Shown here piece after piece: positions 51,001 through 64,000 of a stretch of 64,000 nt of DNA (position 1 is the first letter of the stretch; each line of letters opens with the position of its first letter). The DNA is from Selaginella moellendorffii. Lineage: Eukaryota > Plantae > Lycopodiophyta. Under the pieces are notes generated by a model. It made no database searches. It saw nothing but the letters and a program-made list of their open reading frames with translations, and was not told the DNA's origin. The DNA lies in the NCBI RefSeq assembly GCF_000143415.4, contig NW_003314337.1, positions 78,559 through 142,558 on the forward strand. Direction: 5' to 3'. The position numbers and the translations under genes were made by a program.

Positions 51001-54000
51001 ATAGATTTTGGATCATGATCTACAGAATTCACCAACAATGTCAACACCAAGATCAATCAGACATCAAATGTCCTCCCAATACACATCACAAACATCTACA
51101 TATCTTCTTATGATTTAGAGCAAACTATCAATGTGGCCACATTATTTTAGTCAATATCTCTTATTCCTAATCAAGGTAGCAAAATCTTAGTCAATTTATA
51201 TAGTTTGGGCCAATTTCACTATTTTTCTATCATGACTTTCCTCAGCTGAAGAGTTCATCCTTTTGGGATAAAAAAAAGGTACAAAGAGAAACTTCATACC
51301 ACTTTGACCCCTTGTTTGATAAGATGTGAAGTTCAAAGAAATAAAACTCATTCCAAGCTTTAATGCTGTCTGATAGATAAAGAAAAAGAAACCTTTAGTG
51401 CAAGAGAAGATCAACTATACCTGCAAAAGCTTCAACCTCTCTCAAAAGAGCATCTTTTTTATCTACTGCATAGCAAACCGGAATTTGTGCATTTGCACCA
51501 TCATCTATGCCATCCATGGGGCCATTGGTTCTTGGATCTTCCACCACTTGTGCTGGTTCTCTTTATATCTTCTTGATCAATCAACAAACTTAGAACTTGT
51601 GCACTGTGTAATGTCCTGTTAGTCTCTTCTACCAAGTATACAAACACATCAGTACAACTTGCCACATCATGAATCAACATTGTGTTTTCACAGATATTTA
51701 AAATGATATTTCAAATTCATGGGCAGTGAAATCCTATAAAAGATGCTAACTATAAAGTGAAAATGCAGGTCTTCCTCATGAAACCCTAGTACAAATTCCA
51801 ACTGCAACATAGCACAGATTTGAAGGGAGAAAGAGGTATTTGGATGTCAATTCCTATCTAAATAACCACCTAAAACATTCTAACACCACCTCTGGCAAGA
51901 TTAACACCGCCTCATGTGAGATTAACACTGAGAAAAGGGCGCTAACCCTTGAGTATTTTCCTGAGTCCCAAACTCACTAATTCTGAATGAACCAAAAAAG
52001 AGCATAGAAAAAACAAACATACCCTGCTGGTTTTTGTTTTCCAGGAATTAAGTTTAGATCTTTATTGTCTTAGACGTGTAGATTTTAGATGGTGCATGCT
52101 TCTCATGCGTTGTTGGGCTCCATGAGACCCTGGAAACAGCTAATGAATGAATGAATGAATTGGCTGCTCATGAGAAGGCATTGCCAGGAAGAGCCTGGGA
52201 TTAAGATTTGTATATCACTTGCTAAAAAAAAGGAGCACGATGCCTTTTGCTTGAATCGAAAATATGCAATTTCAATAGATTCAAACAGGACAAAATTCAA
52301 GAAGGATCAAGCACACGAGGAAACCGAACGAATAACACCGAGTATTCTCTCAAGCAATAGAGAATACCATGCTGTAGTTTGGAAACTGTTTAGTGAGTTA
52401 GGGTATTCATCATGTGCTGATAATGATCTGAGCCACAGTTAGAAGAGAGCCAAACTGCTCTCTTACAAGACGTAACCAGTATGAAGGCATCAACTAAAAC
52501 ATTTCAAGACTCAGGAAGGAGCTGCATTTTGCGCAGAAATTTCTTGCTTGTCTGTTGTAAGCAAGAAGGATGTAAAGACTGCCTAGTTGGGCCAATCAAA
52601 ACGAGGCACTGGCAGTGGATGCTCGGCATAGGGTGGGCATTATTACTTTTGTTCCAAAGCCATTCTGGATTTGGTATCCGAGGGTCTTTGAGCTGACAGT
52701 AAGGTTTTCAAAAGATATTTTTTAAACTTCATAGCCTCTGGTATGAAGTAATGAGTGCTTCTCTAGATATCTCTAGCTTGTTAGCTCAAGAGAGGGTTGC
52801 TGAAAGTCCTTGATGTTTCAGAGGAGGAAAAGACTCATCCAATGGGACTTAACACTGTCAACATGTAGCGAATGGTATCATGTATGATGTATCTCTGTAG
52901 AAGTTATTCTTTTCATTAGATGCTCATACAGCAATTTCCATTATCTTTTCTGTTCGAGCCAGTAGGTCATAGGAATCGGAAAGGGTACCTGAGCTATATC
53001 ACAGTTCAATCACTGTCTGTACACATTCCACTGCACCTTAGCTGTCTAATCTCATCTCTTTTGTTTTGTTTTGGTTTTTATTTTTTCAAGAATTGTAAAG
53101 TCATAACATAGACAGTCATAAAAGAATAAAGATAGGCAAATAATAATATATAGCATCATAACTATATATCTAGACCTCACATATGTATTTATTTGTTTGT
53201 TAAATTCGGGAGGGTTCCCTCCTCCTTTCACTTGGTGCTAAATTGCTCTAGGAATTGTTAATCTAACTTGAGGCTGTGTAAATAATAGATTTCACGAACT
53301 TACCATAAGTCTCTCCAGCATCAGTGGAGTTTGCAGTTCCTTGGCGTTCGTTAACATCCCTCTCAGAGTTTCCTGAAGGCCAGCCAAAGTAGAGCTGCGG
53401 CTAAAGAGTCACCATAGCATCCATCTAAGGTCTCCTTCCCGTCTCTAAGCAAGCATCCCTGCCCCTCCCCCACCCCATATTCCTTTCCTTTCTTTTTCAT
53501 TGATGCTGTCATTGTTGTTTTCCTTCATTCCTCCTAGTTTCAAGGCTGATCACTCACTCAACCTGCCATGGATGGATGACATAAGAAAATCGCGATGAAA
53601 CATGCATGAGTGACAAATAACTCTAGGTGAGAAAACTATTCCAATCCACTAGCAAAAGAACCAACGCATAAGTGGGTTTACTCAAATGCTCTTGGATTAT
53701 AGCACAAGGAAGATTTTGCAGCGGATGGAAGGTTCCTCCTTCATAGCCATTCACTTTCTCACGTAGGGAGCAGATATTTGGTGTTGTTCAGCCATGGGAC
53801 TCCAGCGATTGCATTCATCTCGTGCTCTATGTCGCAACTGCAGCTCACAGACGAACAACAAAGGATTTCAATCACTTGCTGCAAAGCAGATCGAGTTCTA
53901 CAGCATCTTTCTTGGGACCTCAGGAGTCATTGTGTTATTGCGCGCCATCACAAAGCTGTGGAGCACATATCCATGGCACTTTCCTTCATAATTTATGCAA

Positions 54001-54300
54001 CGTCGGAAGGCAGATCTTTGAAATAGTTTAATGAATCCCATGTGAGCGGCCCTGGATCACAAGGGCTTGCAAGACTAGCAGCAAGGCAAGACTACAAGTA
54101 CTAGAAGTACATGCACCAGCTTCCATCAGGATACTGAGTTGCAAATAAAACAAGTTCATTAAAGAAGTGTTATAAAAGGTGAATTTAACCTTTTAAAAAC
54201 TCTCAGTCAGCCTTTACCTTAATGAAGGACAGAACGAAAGGTGATAGTTTTCACAGGTGCCGACAACAGCCAATGTACACCCGCGGTAGAAATCCATTCA

Positions 54301-54331
54301 CACGTGGACCGCCTTGCCACGTGAGCACGTC
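54301..54331 (+). promoter_or_regulatory. Cluster of three ACGT-core (G-box/ABRE-like) elements upstream of aldolase
   Basis: CACGTGG 54301, GCCACGTG 54316 and CACGTC 54326, about 110-140 bp before the ATG. Confidence 0.55.
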
Positions 54332-54437
54332 TAGTCATTAAAAAGAATGCTGAAACCTAATAACCGCTCTGTTGTGTCTGTTGGTCTAGCGTTTTAAATT
54401 CATACCCAGGTCTCGCGTGCATGAGAGAGAAGTCAAG

Positions 54438-55570
54438 ATGTCGGCCTATATGGGAAAATATGCTGGTAATGTCTTTTCATTCCACCTGCGGCTGTTTTGC
54501 ATTGACTTTTTTCCTGCCCTGCAGACGAGCTTATCATCAACGCGAGGTACATTGCCAGCCCTGGGAAAGGAATTCTTGCAGCAGATGAAAGTACCTCGAC
54601 AATTGGAAAGCGTTTCCAGAACATAAATGTGGAAAATGTAGAGCAGACCAGAAAGGATTACAGAGAGCTTCTCTTTACGGCACCAGGCGTGATGAAATAC
54701 CTGAGCGGCGTGATCCTGTACGAAGAAGCCCTGTACCAAAAGACCAACTCCGGGAAGCCGTTTGTTGAACTAATGAAAGAAGGTGGCGTTCTCCCGGGAA
54801 TCAAAGTCGACAAAGGAATTGTTGAACTCCCTGGTACCGAAGGTGAAACCGCTACGACGGGTTTAGATGGACTTGGAGAAAGATGTGCAGCATACTACAA
54901 GGCCGGTGCCCGCTTTGCCAAATGGAGAGCAGTCCTGAAAATCGGTGAGAAGGAACCAACTGACCTGGCAATAGATGAAAACGCACATGGTTTAGCAAGG
55001 TACTCCATCATCTGTCAAGAGAACGGACTGGTACCCATAGTTGAGCCCGAGATTCTATCTGACGGTTCACACGACATAAAAAAGTGTGCGGAAGTAACCG
55101 AGAGAGTCCTCATTGCCTGCTACAAGCACCTCATTAACAACCATGTCCTTCTCGAGGGAACGCTGCTCAAGCCAAACATGGTTACTGGTGGCTCGGACGG
55201 ACCAAAGTCGAGCAATGAAGATATTGCGCGCTACACCATTCTTGCACTTCAAAGGACGGTTCCTGTTGCTGTGCCAGGAATCATGTTCCTGTCTGGTGGT
55301 CAGAGCGAGGAGGAGGCAACGCTCAACCTCAACGCCATGAACAAGTTCAACACCATGAAGCCGTGGACGCTTAGTTTCTCGTATGGACGAGCATTGCAGC
55401 AGAGCACTCTGAAGGCCTGGTCCGGAAAGAAGGAGAACATTCCAAATGCGCAGAAAGTACTTCTCGGGCGTTGCAAGGCCAACTCTGATGCCACACTCGG
55501 GAGGTATGTTGGAGGGGCAGGTGGTGCAAGTGCATCAGAGAGCCTTTACGTGAAGAATTACAAATACTGA
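54438..55570 (+). CDS. FBA: Fructose-bisphosphate aldolase class I, cytosolic (357 aa; exons 54438-54465 and 54525-55570)
   Basis: [62 protein letters not shown]-terminal Y. One 59-nt GT-AG intron. Confidence 0.97.
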
Positions 55571-55689
55571 TCATTACGGTGGATTTCTAATGCTACCTGA
55601 ACAGGCTTAATTGCTTCAAACGAATAAAATCACAATAAAATCAAGTTTTTGGCATAGGCTACGGGAACGACGTAATTTTGTTCCTCTTT

Positions 55690-56503
55690 CTAAATGTAGC
55701 AAGAAAAACTTTCTTTCACCCTCCTCATTACGCTCTTGTGCTCACTTCGTGGAATCTCTCCAATTACAAGCATTTGTTGCACGTGATCGATTATTTCAGC
55801 AATCTCCTTCTTCTTAGCCGCTTCAATCTCTGCTTTCAGCTGGTGCATGTACACAAAGCACGGGTCCCGGACAGAATGGAAGGGAAACATTCTTACTCTC
55901 TCTGTTCGCGTCAGCGCATCTGCAAGAACTTTCTCAGACTCCTCAGTGGCAAGAGCCTTTATCTTATGAGCTTCTTCACGGGCTCTGGCCAGCAGCCTAT
56001 CAGCCTTGACCTGGCACCACTTTAAGGAAAATGTGTTATAACGAAGCTTTGACCCACTTCAGCATTATGGATCAGTTGCTCTGCTCTTTGCTCTTCGCGC
56101 TTTCGCAAATCAATAGCCTTGGATTCGTCGTGCATTCGAGACCGCTCCGCTTCAGCCTGAGAACACAGTGCGTAAAAAAGCTAGTTCCAGGGCAACTCCC
56201 CTGGGACTGGCAGAACAGAGCATGCACCTGAAGCCGCTGTGACTTAGCCTCCGCCTTGCGTGTGGCTGCTTCGAGATAAGCTTGTGCTTCGGCTTCGACT
56301 CGAGTCCGGTAGGCCTCCGCGATTGCTTCCGCTTTGTGGTTGACTGCCTTGCTCAGCGAGGAGCAAGCGCTGGTCAGTGAGCAGGCCGGGCTTGCCTGCT
56401 GTTGCTGCTGGAGTAGAGCCAGTGCATTGTGGATGCTGGGGTGAGGAGGCGAATACTCTGTGTGTGACCCGCTCTCAACGACGGTGTCCTCGGATTGGCC
56501 CAT
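55690..56503 (-). CDS. Small coiled-coil protein with remorin-like C-terminus (exons 56503-56228, 56156-56058, 56010-55897, 55840-55690)
   Basis: In-frame GT-AG splicing gives an A/E/K/R-rich helix ending ..IGEIPRSEHKSVMRRVKESFSCYI*. Confidence 0.55.
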
Positions 56504-56657
56504 GGCATCCACCGCTTTTTTTCTTTCGTCTTGTCTGTCCTGAAACTTTCTGTTGCGCGCGCGGAGAGTAAAGTAGTTTTGTTCCTTTTTAACCGGAAAA
56601 GTCCACGTGTGCCTCTGCCGCGTGGCAAGCAGATTTGCCCTATGTTCGAAGCTTAAA

Positions 56658-57290
56658 AGATGGAAACAGGTGGAGGTCATAGGGAACGTTTTGTCCAACG
56701 TAGTGGCAGCTAGAGATGTTGTTGTAGCGTCGACCGTGTGCAAGAAATGGCAACGCAGCCCAGTGCCACCTCCACAAGCTTCGCTTCTCAAGTATGGACT
56801 GGGATGCATTTTTCAACGGGGCACTCAGCACCAACATATTGATTCTTATCACTCAGACGGTCCTGCAGACGTCCTGTCTCAGCCATCTCTCCCTGTGCAT
56901 TGGAGGCGACCATGAGTTCTCGGCGGCCCCGGTTATCGCGTGGCTAATCTTCACCAAGGAGACGCTGCAGAGCTTAACTTTCATGATCTACGCAGATCCG
57001 AGCGTCAACATGGGCGGGACAGGCCCGAGGCTCTTGCTCTGGGCCATATAACCATACCGACCTCGGCATCCACAGGTTCCCGTTGCTGCAGTCGCTGACA
57101 TTGAAGAGCCTGAGCCTGTCGTCCCTGGATGTCAATCTCATGCTGTCCGCCTGCCCCCTCGTTGATCGCGTCAGATCCAACTTCCAGGTGTGAGAGGCTC
57201 GTGACGCTTCTGAGGGCCAGCAGGCTCAAGACGCTTGCCAACAAAAAGAGCTTACGGGAGGCGGAGAAGCTGTGCATCAAGTACTGTACC
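56658..57290 (+). pseudogene. F-box/LRR protein fragment (At1g67190-like), frameshifted
   Basis: EVIGNVLSNVVAARDVVVASTVCKKW, then in other frames ILITQTVLQT..EFSAAPVIAWLIFTKETLQSL and RFPLLQSLTLKSLSLSSLDVNLMLSACP. Confidence 0.75.
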
Positions 57291-57455
57291 CTTGCCCAAA
57301 CTTACAAGGTTGGTGGTGTCAGAGGAATCAGCATTTTGGGCGTCTATGCGCCAATACATTCATTTGCAAATACAGTTCCAGTTCTACTGATTACAATGGA
57401 CTGCTGTATGTCAGCCTTTAGCTATAGGCGGGAGCATTTGTCGATTTGTCTAGAG

Positions 57456-58247
57456 CTACTTGGGATTCGTGTAGACTAGCGTCCCGATGGGAATGTCGAA
57501 AGTCCTGGGTTTGTAAGGGGCGGGCGGTGGGATCTTGGGCACCACTACGGTCAGCTGCCCGTCCTGGCAGGCGGCGGACACCCCTTCGAGGTTGGCATTT
57601 GATGGAAGATTGAATTTTCTCATGAACTTCCCTGCTGGGCGCTCCGCTCTTACATATTTGACATCGAAGGTTGGGTTGTCGTCGCGCCTCCTCTCACCGC
57701 TGATTTTAAGGATGCTGTCGTTCTCGATTTGTACCTAGAGGCCAAGATGTGATTCAGTCACAAAAATAGAGTGCAGTGTATGCCAACCCAACCTTGACCT
57801 CGCTGTTTTTGATCCCGGGAACATCAGCCACAAATATGTAGGAAGCAGGGAGCTCCTTGACGTCAACAGAAGTGCTCGCCATTGAGTACTGTGGCTCTCT
57901 TCCTTGCCGAGCGGTCTGTAGCACAGGACGCAATGAAGTGTCTTCGGTGTATAGGCACGAACCTTTTGGAGTTCGGTGGGGTCCACGAAGATGGATTCCC
58001 TGTAGTCGATTGTGCAGTCCAGCACGAAGTTGCAGGCCCTTTCGAATGCAGTGGCGGCGGCCTTGGCTTTTGTGCTGTGCTGCCTGCGTTTGATGCGATT
58101 GACGGGTATGCTCTGGGGGTCCGTCCACTCGGGCCTTGGAGGCACGTCCCTACGCTGCTTCTCTTCTCTCTCCGCTACCTCTCGCGGCCTCCAGCGACCC
58201 TTGCTGGCGTCTGCTGACTCCAGAATGGACAAATCGCTGAGACACAC
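57456..58247 (-). CDS. Small heat-shock protein (HSP20/alpha-crystallin, class II/III-like). Core is 57882-57793 plus 57734-57456, with a possible spliced N-terminal extension.
   Basis: MASTSVDVKELPASYIFVADVPGIKNSEVK|VQIENDSILKISGERRR..ERPAGKFMRKFNLPSNANLEGVSAACQDGQLTVVVPK. Confidence 0.85.
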
Positions 58248-58387
58248 ACTCCCTCGCAGCTCCTCACCAACTTGGCATTTTGGTGCGCCTGCGCGGCCGG
58301 TGTCTCTTGACCGACGTGTACATGTGTGACGTGGGAACGCTTTTATTCACACTTCTGTTTGCGTGTTACATTCGGAGCTGCTAGCCG

Positions 58388-60943
58388 CTAGCCGTATGAC
58401 AGATGGTCATATGCGCTCTTGCTCTGCCGCAGTGGCGATTTCCTTCGCAGCGGTGACGATTCCCGTGACTTGGTGCTGCTGCTCTGTTGTCCCAGCGGAA
58501 CCACCACCTTTCTGGGCTGGCCTGCAGCATTGAGGGTGCGGTGTGTGCAAACCGGGTCTGCAGCTGTTTGGCTGCGCGCCGAGAAGTTTGCCGCGTTCCT
58601 GAGTATGCCTCCCACGCTGTCAGCGAGGCCTATCATGACGGGAGGCTCGTTGCTGGCCGTGGACGCGGACTCGCACGCGTTGTCACTATCCTCGTTGACG
58701 CAAGCCTTCCTCATTTGACTCAGAGGGTCTGCCATTGAGAGGCCCCCGATTGCAGTTTCAATGCCTCCGCTATTCCCTGTCCTGGCCTTGTTTGGCGACC
58801 GGTATGATCCAGTGGATACATCCTGGAGTCGGGTGGACGGTGCTCTATATACCTCGTGCTGGTGGCTGCTCCTCCGGCTACTCTTGGTTGACTCGGTCGA
58901 CGCCCTGTGCTTGGACTGTTCCCATACCAGTTGCCGCCCACCCGAGCTAGTCGTTTCCTACAAGAAGAGCACACACAATTCTCAGTCGCTCGGGTAGCTG
59001 CCGTGAGCTTACAATGCTCTCGGTCGTTACTCTCTTCAGCGCGGGACTGGTTGGCGATGTTTTGGTGGGAAACAGGCTTCCTTTCCCTTGGCTCCATGCC
59101 GAGGCATTGTTCCAGAGGGTCACAAGAGGAGAGCTCCCGCTGCTAGTCTTGCTCCTGCTGCTCCCATCAGATCTGTGACGTCGTAATCCATCACCCTGAA
59201 GGACAAGGAGACCAAGAGAGTGACTCGCGTGGCCACATGTAAACTTCAACTCACAGCCTTCCACATGCGAGCTTGCATGTCTCTGAGAAAATGTTGCTGA
59301 GGCCCAATGACACTCCCTGGCCTCGTTAATCGCAAGTAGCCCAACACCTGCAGAACAATGAACAGTGGTGCGGGGCAGCCACCAAAGCCTTTGGAAGGCG
59401 CCTACCTCATTGCACGTGAATCTAAAGTGCTTCATTATGTAGCACCCAATCAGGACTCCAGTTCTACCCAGCCCTGCCTGGATGAATCCAGCCAGCCGAG
59501 CAAGAAAACCATTAAACGCCTGTAGGCTCGGAGCATCGAAAGGGCGGGGCAGTCAACATACCTTGCAGTGGACAGCTATGGCCCCGGCAGTTTCCTCTAC
59601 AATCTCCATAAATCTTTGGACAATCCGCTCAGGAGGACAGCTGAAGAAGCCCACTTTGAACACAGGCAGGAGCAACAACTTTAGACACGTCACAAGAAAA
59701 GACGCTCGACACAATCCAGCCAACCTGCCATCCGGGAAGTAGAGGTCGTAGTGATTAATGCCGTGGTCTGTGAAGCGTCGCCTGTCATACAGCCGCTTGT
59801 TTAGTCTAACAACAGCAACAACGCCCACCTGCGGCAGTCAGCAGTGAGACAAATGCGAGGTGAGGGACGAGAGGGCTATTGCCGGCTCAGCGTACCCTCT
59901 TGAAGTACTCAATGTAGTCCTCGGGCACAAGGCTTCGATACCCATACATCTGCCAACGTACAACTTGACAACATTCTGGAAACAAAAGCGATGGGTAAAC
60001 CTGGGAACGCCTTGGTGCAGGGCCACTAAAGGCAACCAGTTTGTTAGGGACAATCCAGTTGAGGTCGCCATTCTCCACCTGACACGCAGGATCCCCTCAG
60101 GGTGTTAAAAATGTTGGTAGCCAGAAGCAGGGGCACGCACTTGTTCGAAATACTCGTACTCTTCCAGGTTGAAAGTGCTGAAGTCAATCCACCCAATTTT
60201 TTTGCCTTTTGCAACTGCCTGAAGGATCCCCATTCACCCACAAAGATGGCTTACGGACGTAACTAGCATAAGCAAAAGCTTGCATACCTGAATGCAGTCG
60301 AGAACTGTGAGGTGGTATGTGGATATGCCACATGTGGGGTCTCGAAACGGGAAGTACGGTTCAAAGAGTGCCAGGGGCGAATACGCCGCATCGGGCTCCC
60401 ACGACTCAAACAGCACGAGATACGCTCCAAGCTGCACACAAACTGGTTGCTTGAGCCGCCCGGTTGCAAAATGAGGTGGGCACCGGAACGAACCAAAACT
60501 GCGGCATTGGACTTGGTCTTGGTTTCAATGCTGGTGCAGAAGCATACACACCTCCCGTGTGCCCCAGCATCCTGAGAGCACAAGCAAGCTGTAAGTCATT
60601 CCAGATGGGCGTGGTTTGCGTCGAGGTGACCTGAAGCAAGCCGTGAAGCTTCCAGCAGAACCTGTAGGTGCATGCCATGTTGAGGGGCCCAAAGTCCTGG
60701 AAGAACGGCTCATAAATCTGCAGGGTAGGCAACAGCGGGGAGTGAGCTCGCTGCTCACTCGCTGGACAAGTTGAGAGGCCACACCAGTTCATTGTCGACG
60801 CTGAAACACAGTGCGGGGCGAGGGAGCCACGAGCCTTTGAGGTCGTCGGGCCTCTGCAGCGCCGCGAAGTAGACCTTTCCTTTGATGACCTCACATACCC
60901 CACTCCTGTCGTGCTGCTGTTCCTTGTAGACCATGGTAGGCAC
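58388..60943 (-). CDS. CDC14: Dual-specificity phosphatase CDC14 (many short introns; 3' exons approximate)
   Basis: [59 protein letters not shown] and catalytic HCK|AGLGRTG. Confidence 0.93.
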
Positions 60944-61129
60944 CGCTCCTAGAGTGGCAATGGCACGCCGTGGCCCTGGATCATGCCGGCATCACCATTT
61001 CCAGACAGCTGGGGTGGCGTGTGCCCCATAGGATCTCAAAACCACGAGAATGTATGAACCCTCCTGGCTAGGGCACCACCAGCGGCCACGTGGCGCATGG
61101 CCTTTATATCACACTCGGGGATACACATC

Positions 61130-63865
61130 TCATTTGTTAAGAGGCCGGTAGATTTTGGTCATCTCGCTCACCACGAACTTGAGCCTGGGCTGGAACTCAT
61201 GAGGGGGAAACGCCACCGCCTTGTCCAGCAGGCTCAGCCCCTCCTGGGAGTTGATGTCGTCTTGCAGCAGCAGGGCAGCCAGCTCGTAGCAGCTGTAGGG
61301 AACAAAGTTGCTGCGCACGCACAGCGTGGGGGCGGGTGAGCAGGCGGGAAACGAACAAGCCCCCTGCTTACCCGGGAACGTTTTCAGAGTTCTTCACTAC
61401 GTGGCGGAAGCAGTCCTGCGCTTTGTGCTTGTCCCCCAGGGCCTTGTGGCAGTGGCCCAGCAAGAACCTTTAACAAGAGCAAGGTAACCACAGGTAACAG
61501 AGGCTGTTTCGTTCCAAGCATTACATACCTGCACAGCAGCTTGCTTGTATTGTTCCACCGGATTTCGAACGTGCCATGGCCGCCAGCCTTGGACGTCCCC
61601 TCCCCACTCTGCTACTAGACAGCAAACGCAATCAGGCATACGTGAGTTCCCTTCCAGCCACCAACTGGTACCTGTGGCTTCTTCTGAACGTCTTCAATGG
61701 CGTCCATGTGCCGCTCAAGCGATGGTTTGTCCATGTGTTGGAACCCATTGTACACGGCTGCCAGCTCCAGTGCTGGGAAGAGGGGAGCCTAGGCGCCAAC
61801 CAAAACCAGCAACACTCTTATCAGGATTGCAAGCCCTCCCTGGGGACGTACCTGGCTGCTGGCCACAAACTCGTTAGCCATCCGGAGGCCGTACTGCTCG
61901 AGCGGCCCCGTCTGCTTCTTGCCCGCCACAAGCTGCGGGAGCTCACGGAGGACGCTGCTTGCGGCCTCGTGCTGCTTGTCGCCGGCCTCCCACAGGCAGG
62001 CCGCCTGCAGGCAGGCGTAGAATGGCTTAAACCACACGGTGTCCTGCCAGAGACTTGATAGTCGATACGTTCAGTTCATGAGCGTGTTACCTTGAACAGT
62101 TTGCCAAATTGCTCCGCGGCCTTGTCGAATTCCCCTTGCAGAAGGTAGCACCAACCCAGCTCGTCTATCATAAAGTTCCTCAGCCTCTGGTTGCAGCCAC
62201 GGTTGCTTATGTCGTAGGGATCCGTCTTGGAGTTTCGGACGAGGGTGTCGAGTGACTTGGAAAGCATTCCCTCATATCGCTCGTAGCGGGACAGCATTAT
62301 CCTGAAGATGGACCCGTTCTTCCACTGGGCCTGCACCTTGTCCAGCAGCTGCTTGGCCTCCTTTCCATGCTGGTCTCCATATGGCAAGAGGCCCATGATA
62401 ACCGTGTGGTCTGCCAACACAAGCTCACGAGTGTAAAGCCATGGTCCATCTGCTTTTACGCTTACATTGCAGTAGCATGACGAAGGAGATCGGCGCTCTG
62501 GGATGGTTTGTGGCGGCAGCCTTTTGCAACAACCTGAGGCCTTTGTTCCTGTCACCCGGCAGGCCCATCACCTCCGTGGCCTTTTGAAACGAAGCGGGAA
62601 TGAGCGAGACAACGAGGTTGAAGGCCCCAATCCCGAACTCGAGTCCTATCCGCAGGGATGACAGCTCGTAGTCCTCTTGGATCCCTTTCCTCGTGTCCAG
62701 GACCATCCGCTGGTCATCCCTTAGAGCGTCCAGCTGCTTTATGTCCAGCCGGGTGTTGTCGATCCTGTCGCCAGAGCTGCTGCTGGCCGAGCCCCCCATG
62801 TCCAGGTCTGCCAGCCTCTCCGCCAGGCTGCGGCTCTTGGACAGGTTGCTGCTCTTTCCTTTCTATATATCAACAACGTACTAGATAGAGAGCTTGCTTT
62901 CACACAGCCTATGTAGATATAGGTGTTGTAACCCCCTTACCGAGGAGCCTCGATCGTCGTTGTCGTCGTCTTCGCTGCCCGAATCACTGTCCTCGTCGGA
63001 CCCGTGCATGCTCTCGGGCACCTTGAAGCTGCCCCCCATCTTTATCCACTCTTTGGTCAGCTTGCGGAGCTTCTTCTCGCAATGCTGGTAGATGCTGGCT
63101 GTCTTCTTGAGGTTGTAGCCAAGCTTGACCATGCTTGTCCAGCTCTCCCCAGCCCCAACAATCTGCGAGTGAGCCAAGCACGCATTGTTCCCAGCCATCC
63201 CCAATCCAGTTCAGACCTGCAGCAGCGACGTAAGAAGGTAGCACTCGCCCTGGATCTGGATCGCCCACAGCCGTGCTCGTCTCGCCCGGTGGAGGTGGAC
63301 CATCTCCGCGAGCGCACCCTCGGCTTTGGTCTCTTGTTCTTCAGCTGCTGCCTTGGCAGCCCCAACCGCGATGCCTTTCTTGGCCATCTTTCCCAGCGCC
63401 CACGACTTGAGCGACGACACCGCCTCGTTCACCTTCTTGATGTTGCTGTGGGTGCTGAACCTGGCAATTGAATAAACATTGTATCGCTCAGCCCGTCCCT
63501 CTTTCCATGCTGGGCACCTTACTTTTGAGCTTGCTGGCTGGCCAGCGCTTCCGTTTCCGAGAGGAGGGTGATTGCGCGCTCCACATCGTCTTGGTCCGAT
63601 GACATGAGGGCGACGTAGGCCGCCACCCAGGCATGGTGCAGGCTGAAGCGGGGGTGGTGCAGCCTCAGTTCATCGAAAAAGTCCTCGGCCTCGTTCAACT
63701 TGTCCGAGTAGAGCAGCTCCATGCCCTTCATTATCTGCCCAAGAGAATCAAGTTTTTCTACATGCATTTTCCATGGCTTGCCTGCTGTTCTTCGGCATCA
63801 AACTCGGCACCGCGCTCCTCGAGCGACATTATAAAGTCGTTCTTCTTGGGCTTGAGCAGATCCAT
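61130..63865 (-). CDS. TTC39: TTC39/Iml2-family TPR protein (multi-exon; 5' end may extend further)
   Basis: AYVALMSSDQDDVERAITLL, FGIGAFNLVVSLIP..GLPGDRNKGLRLL, DELGWCYLL, and FVPYSCYELA..HEFQPRLKF. Confidence 0.8.
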
Positions 63866-64000
63866 TGGCTCGTCGGTTGCCCTCACAAGAACCCTAAAAT
63901 ATTTGTCCGGTATATTCGGGCGACACGTGGCTGGCGCTCTCTAGAGCTCTCTCTCCAGCTCCTACAAAATATTCACCTAGGGCTACTGGGCAGCTCCGAT

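Noticed and set aside
48400-54200. AT-rich region with decayed coding-like patches and scattered splice-like signals
   Set aside because: No motif, terminal repeat or consistent exon chain could be established by eye. It needs a BLASTX or RepeatMasker search.

Overview
Eukaryotic land-plant genomic DNA. The very short 45-60 nt introns, a CDC14 gene and chromovirus-type Ty3/Gypsy elements suggest a Selaginella-like non-seed plant (inference only). Bases 1 to ~48,400 are a nested pile of retroelements. These comprise an LTR family 'A' (1.4-1.8 kb LTRs, no intact ORFs), an LTR family 'B' (one full-length decayed chromodomain Ty3/Gypsy at 40120-47569 plus deleted and solo copies), two further decayed Gypsy elements, a 5S-rRNA-bearing Cassandra-type TRIM and a LINE remnant. 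Bases ~54,400-64,000 are a compact gene island: cytosolic aldolase, a remorin-like coiled-coil gene, an F-box pseudogene, a small HSP, CDC14 and TTC39/Iml2. The standout is an 11.9 kb DNA transposon (12367-24286) with perfect 22-bp TIRs and a TCAAGA target duplication, inserted in a Gag zinc knuckle. It carries three genes: a Sola1/DUF7869-like DDD transposase, a divergent ~1,390-codon 10-exon gene that fuses ParB/Srx-like, beta-class DNA amino-methyltransferase-like and FCP1/SCP-type HAD phosphatase domains, and a probable third small gene. It also carries about 22 copies of a 24-bp palindrome (AATGGCRTGWGGCCWCAYGCCATT) that I found only inside the element, many of them in its introns. This looks like a transposon-encoded protein/cis-site chromatin system. 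This copy is pseudogenised. All domain calls are by-eye motif recognition; no database searches were run.
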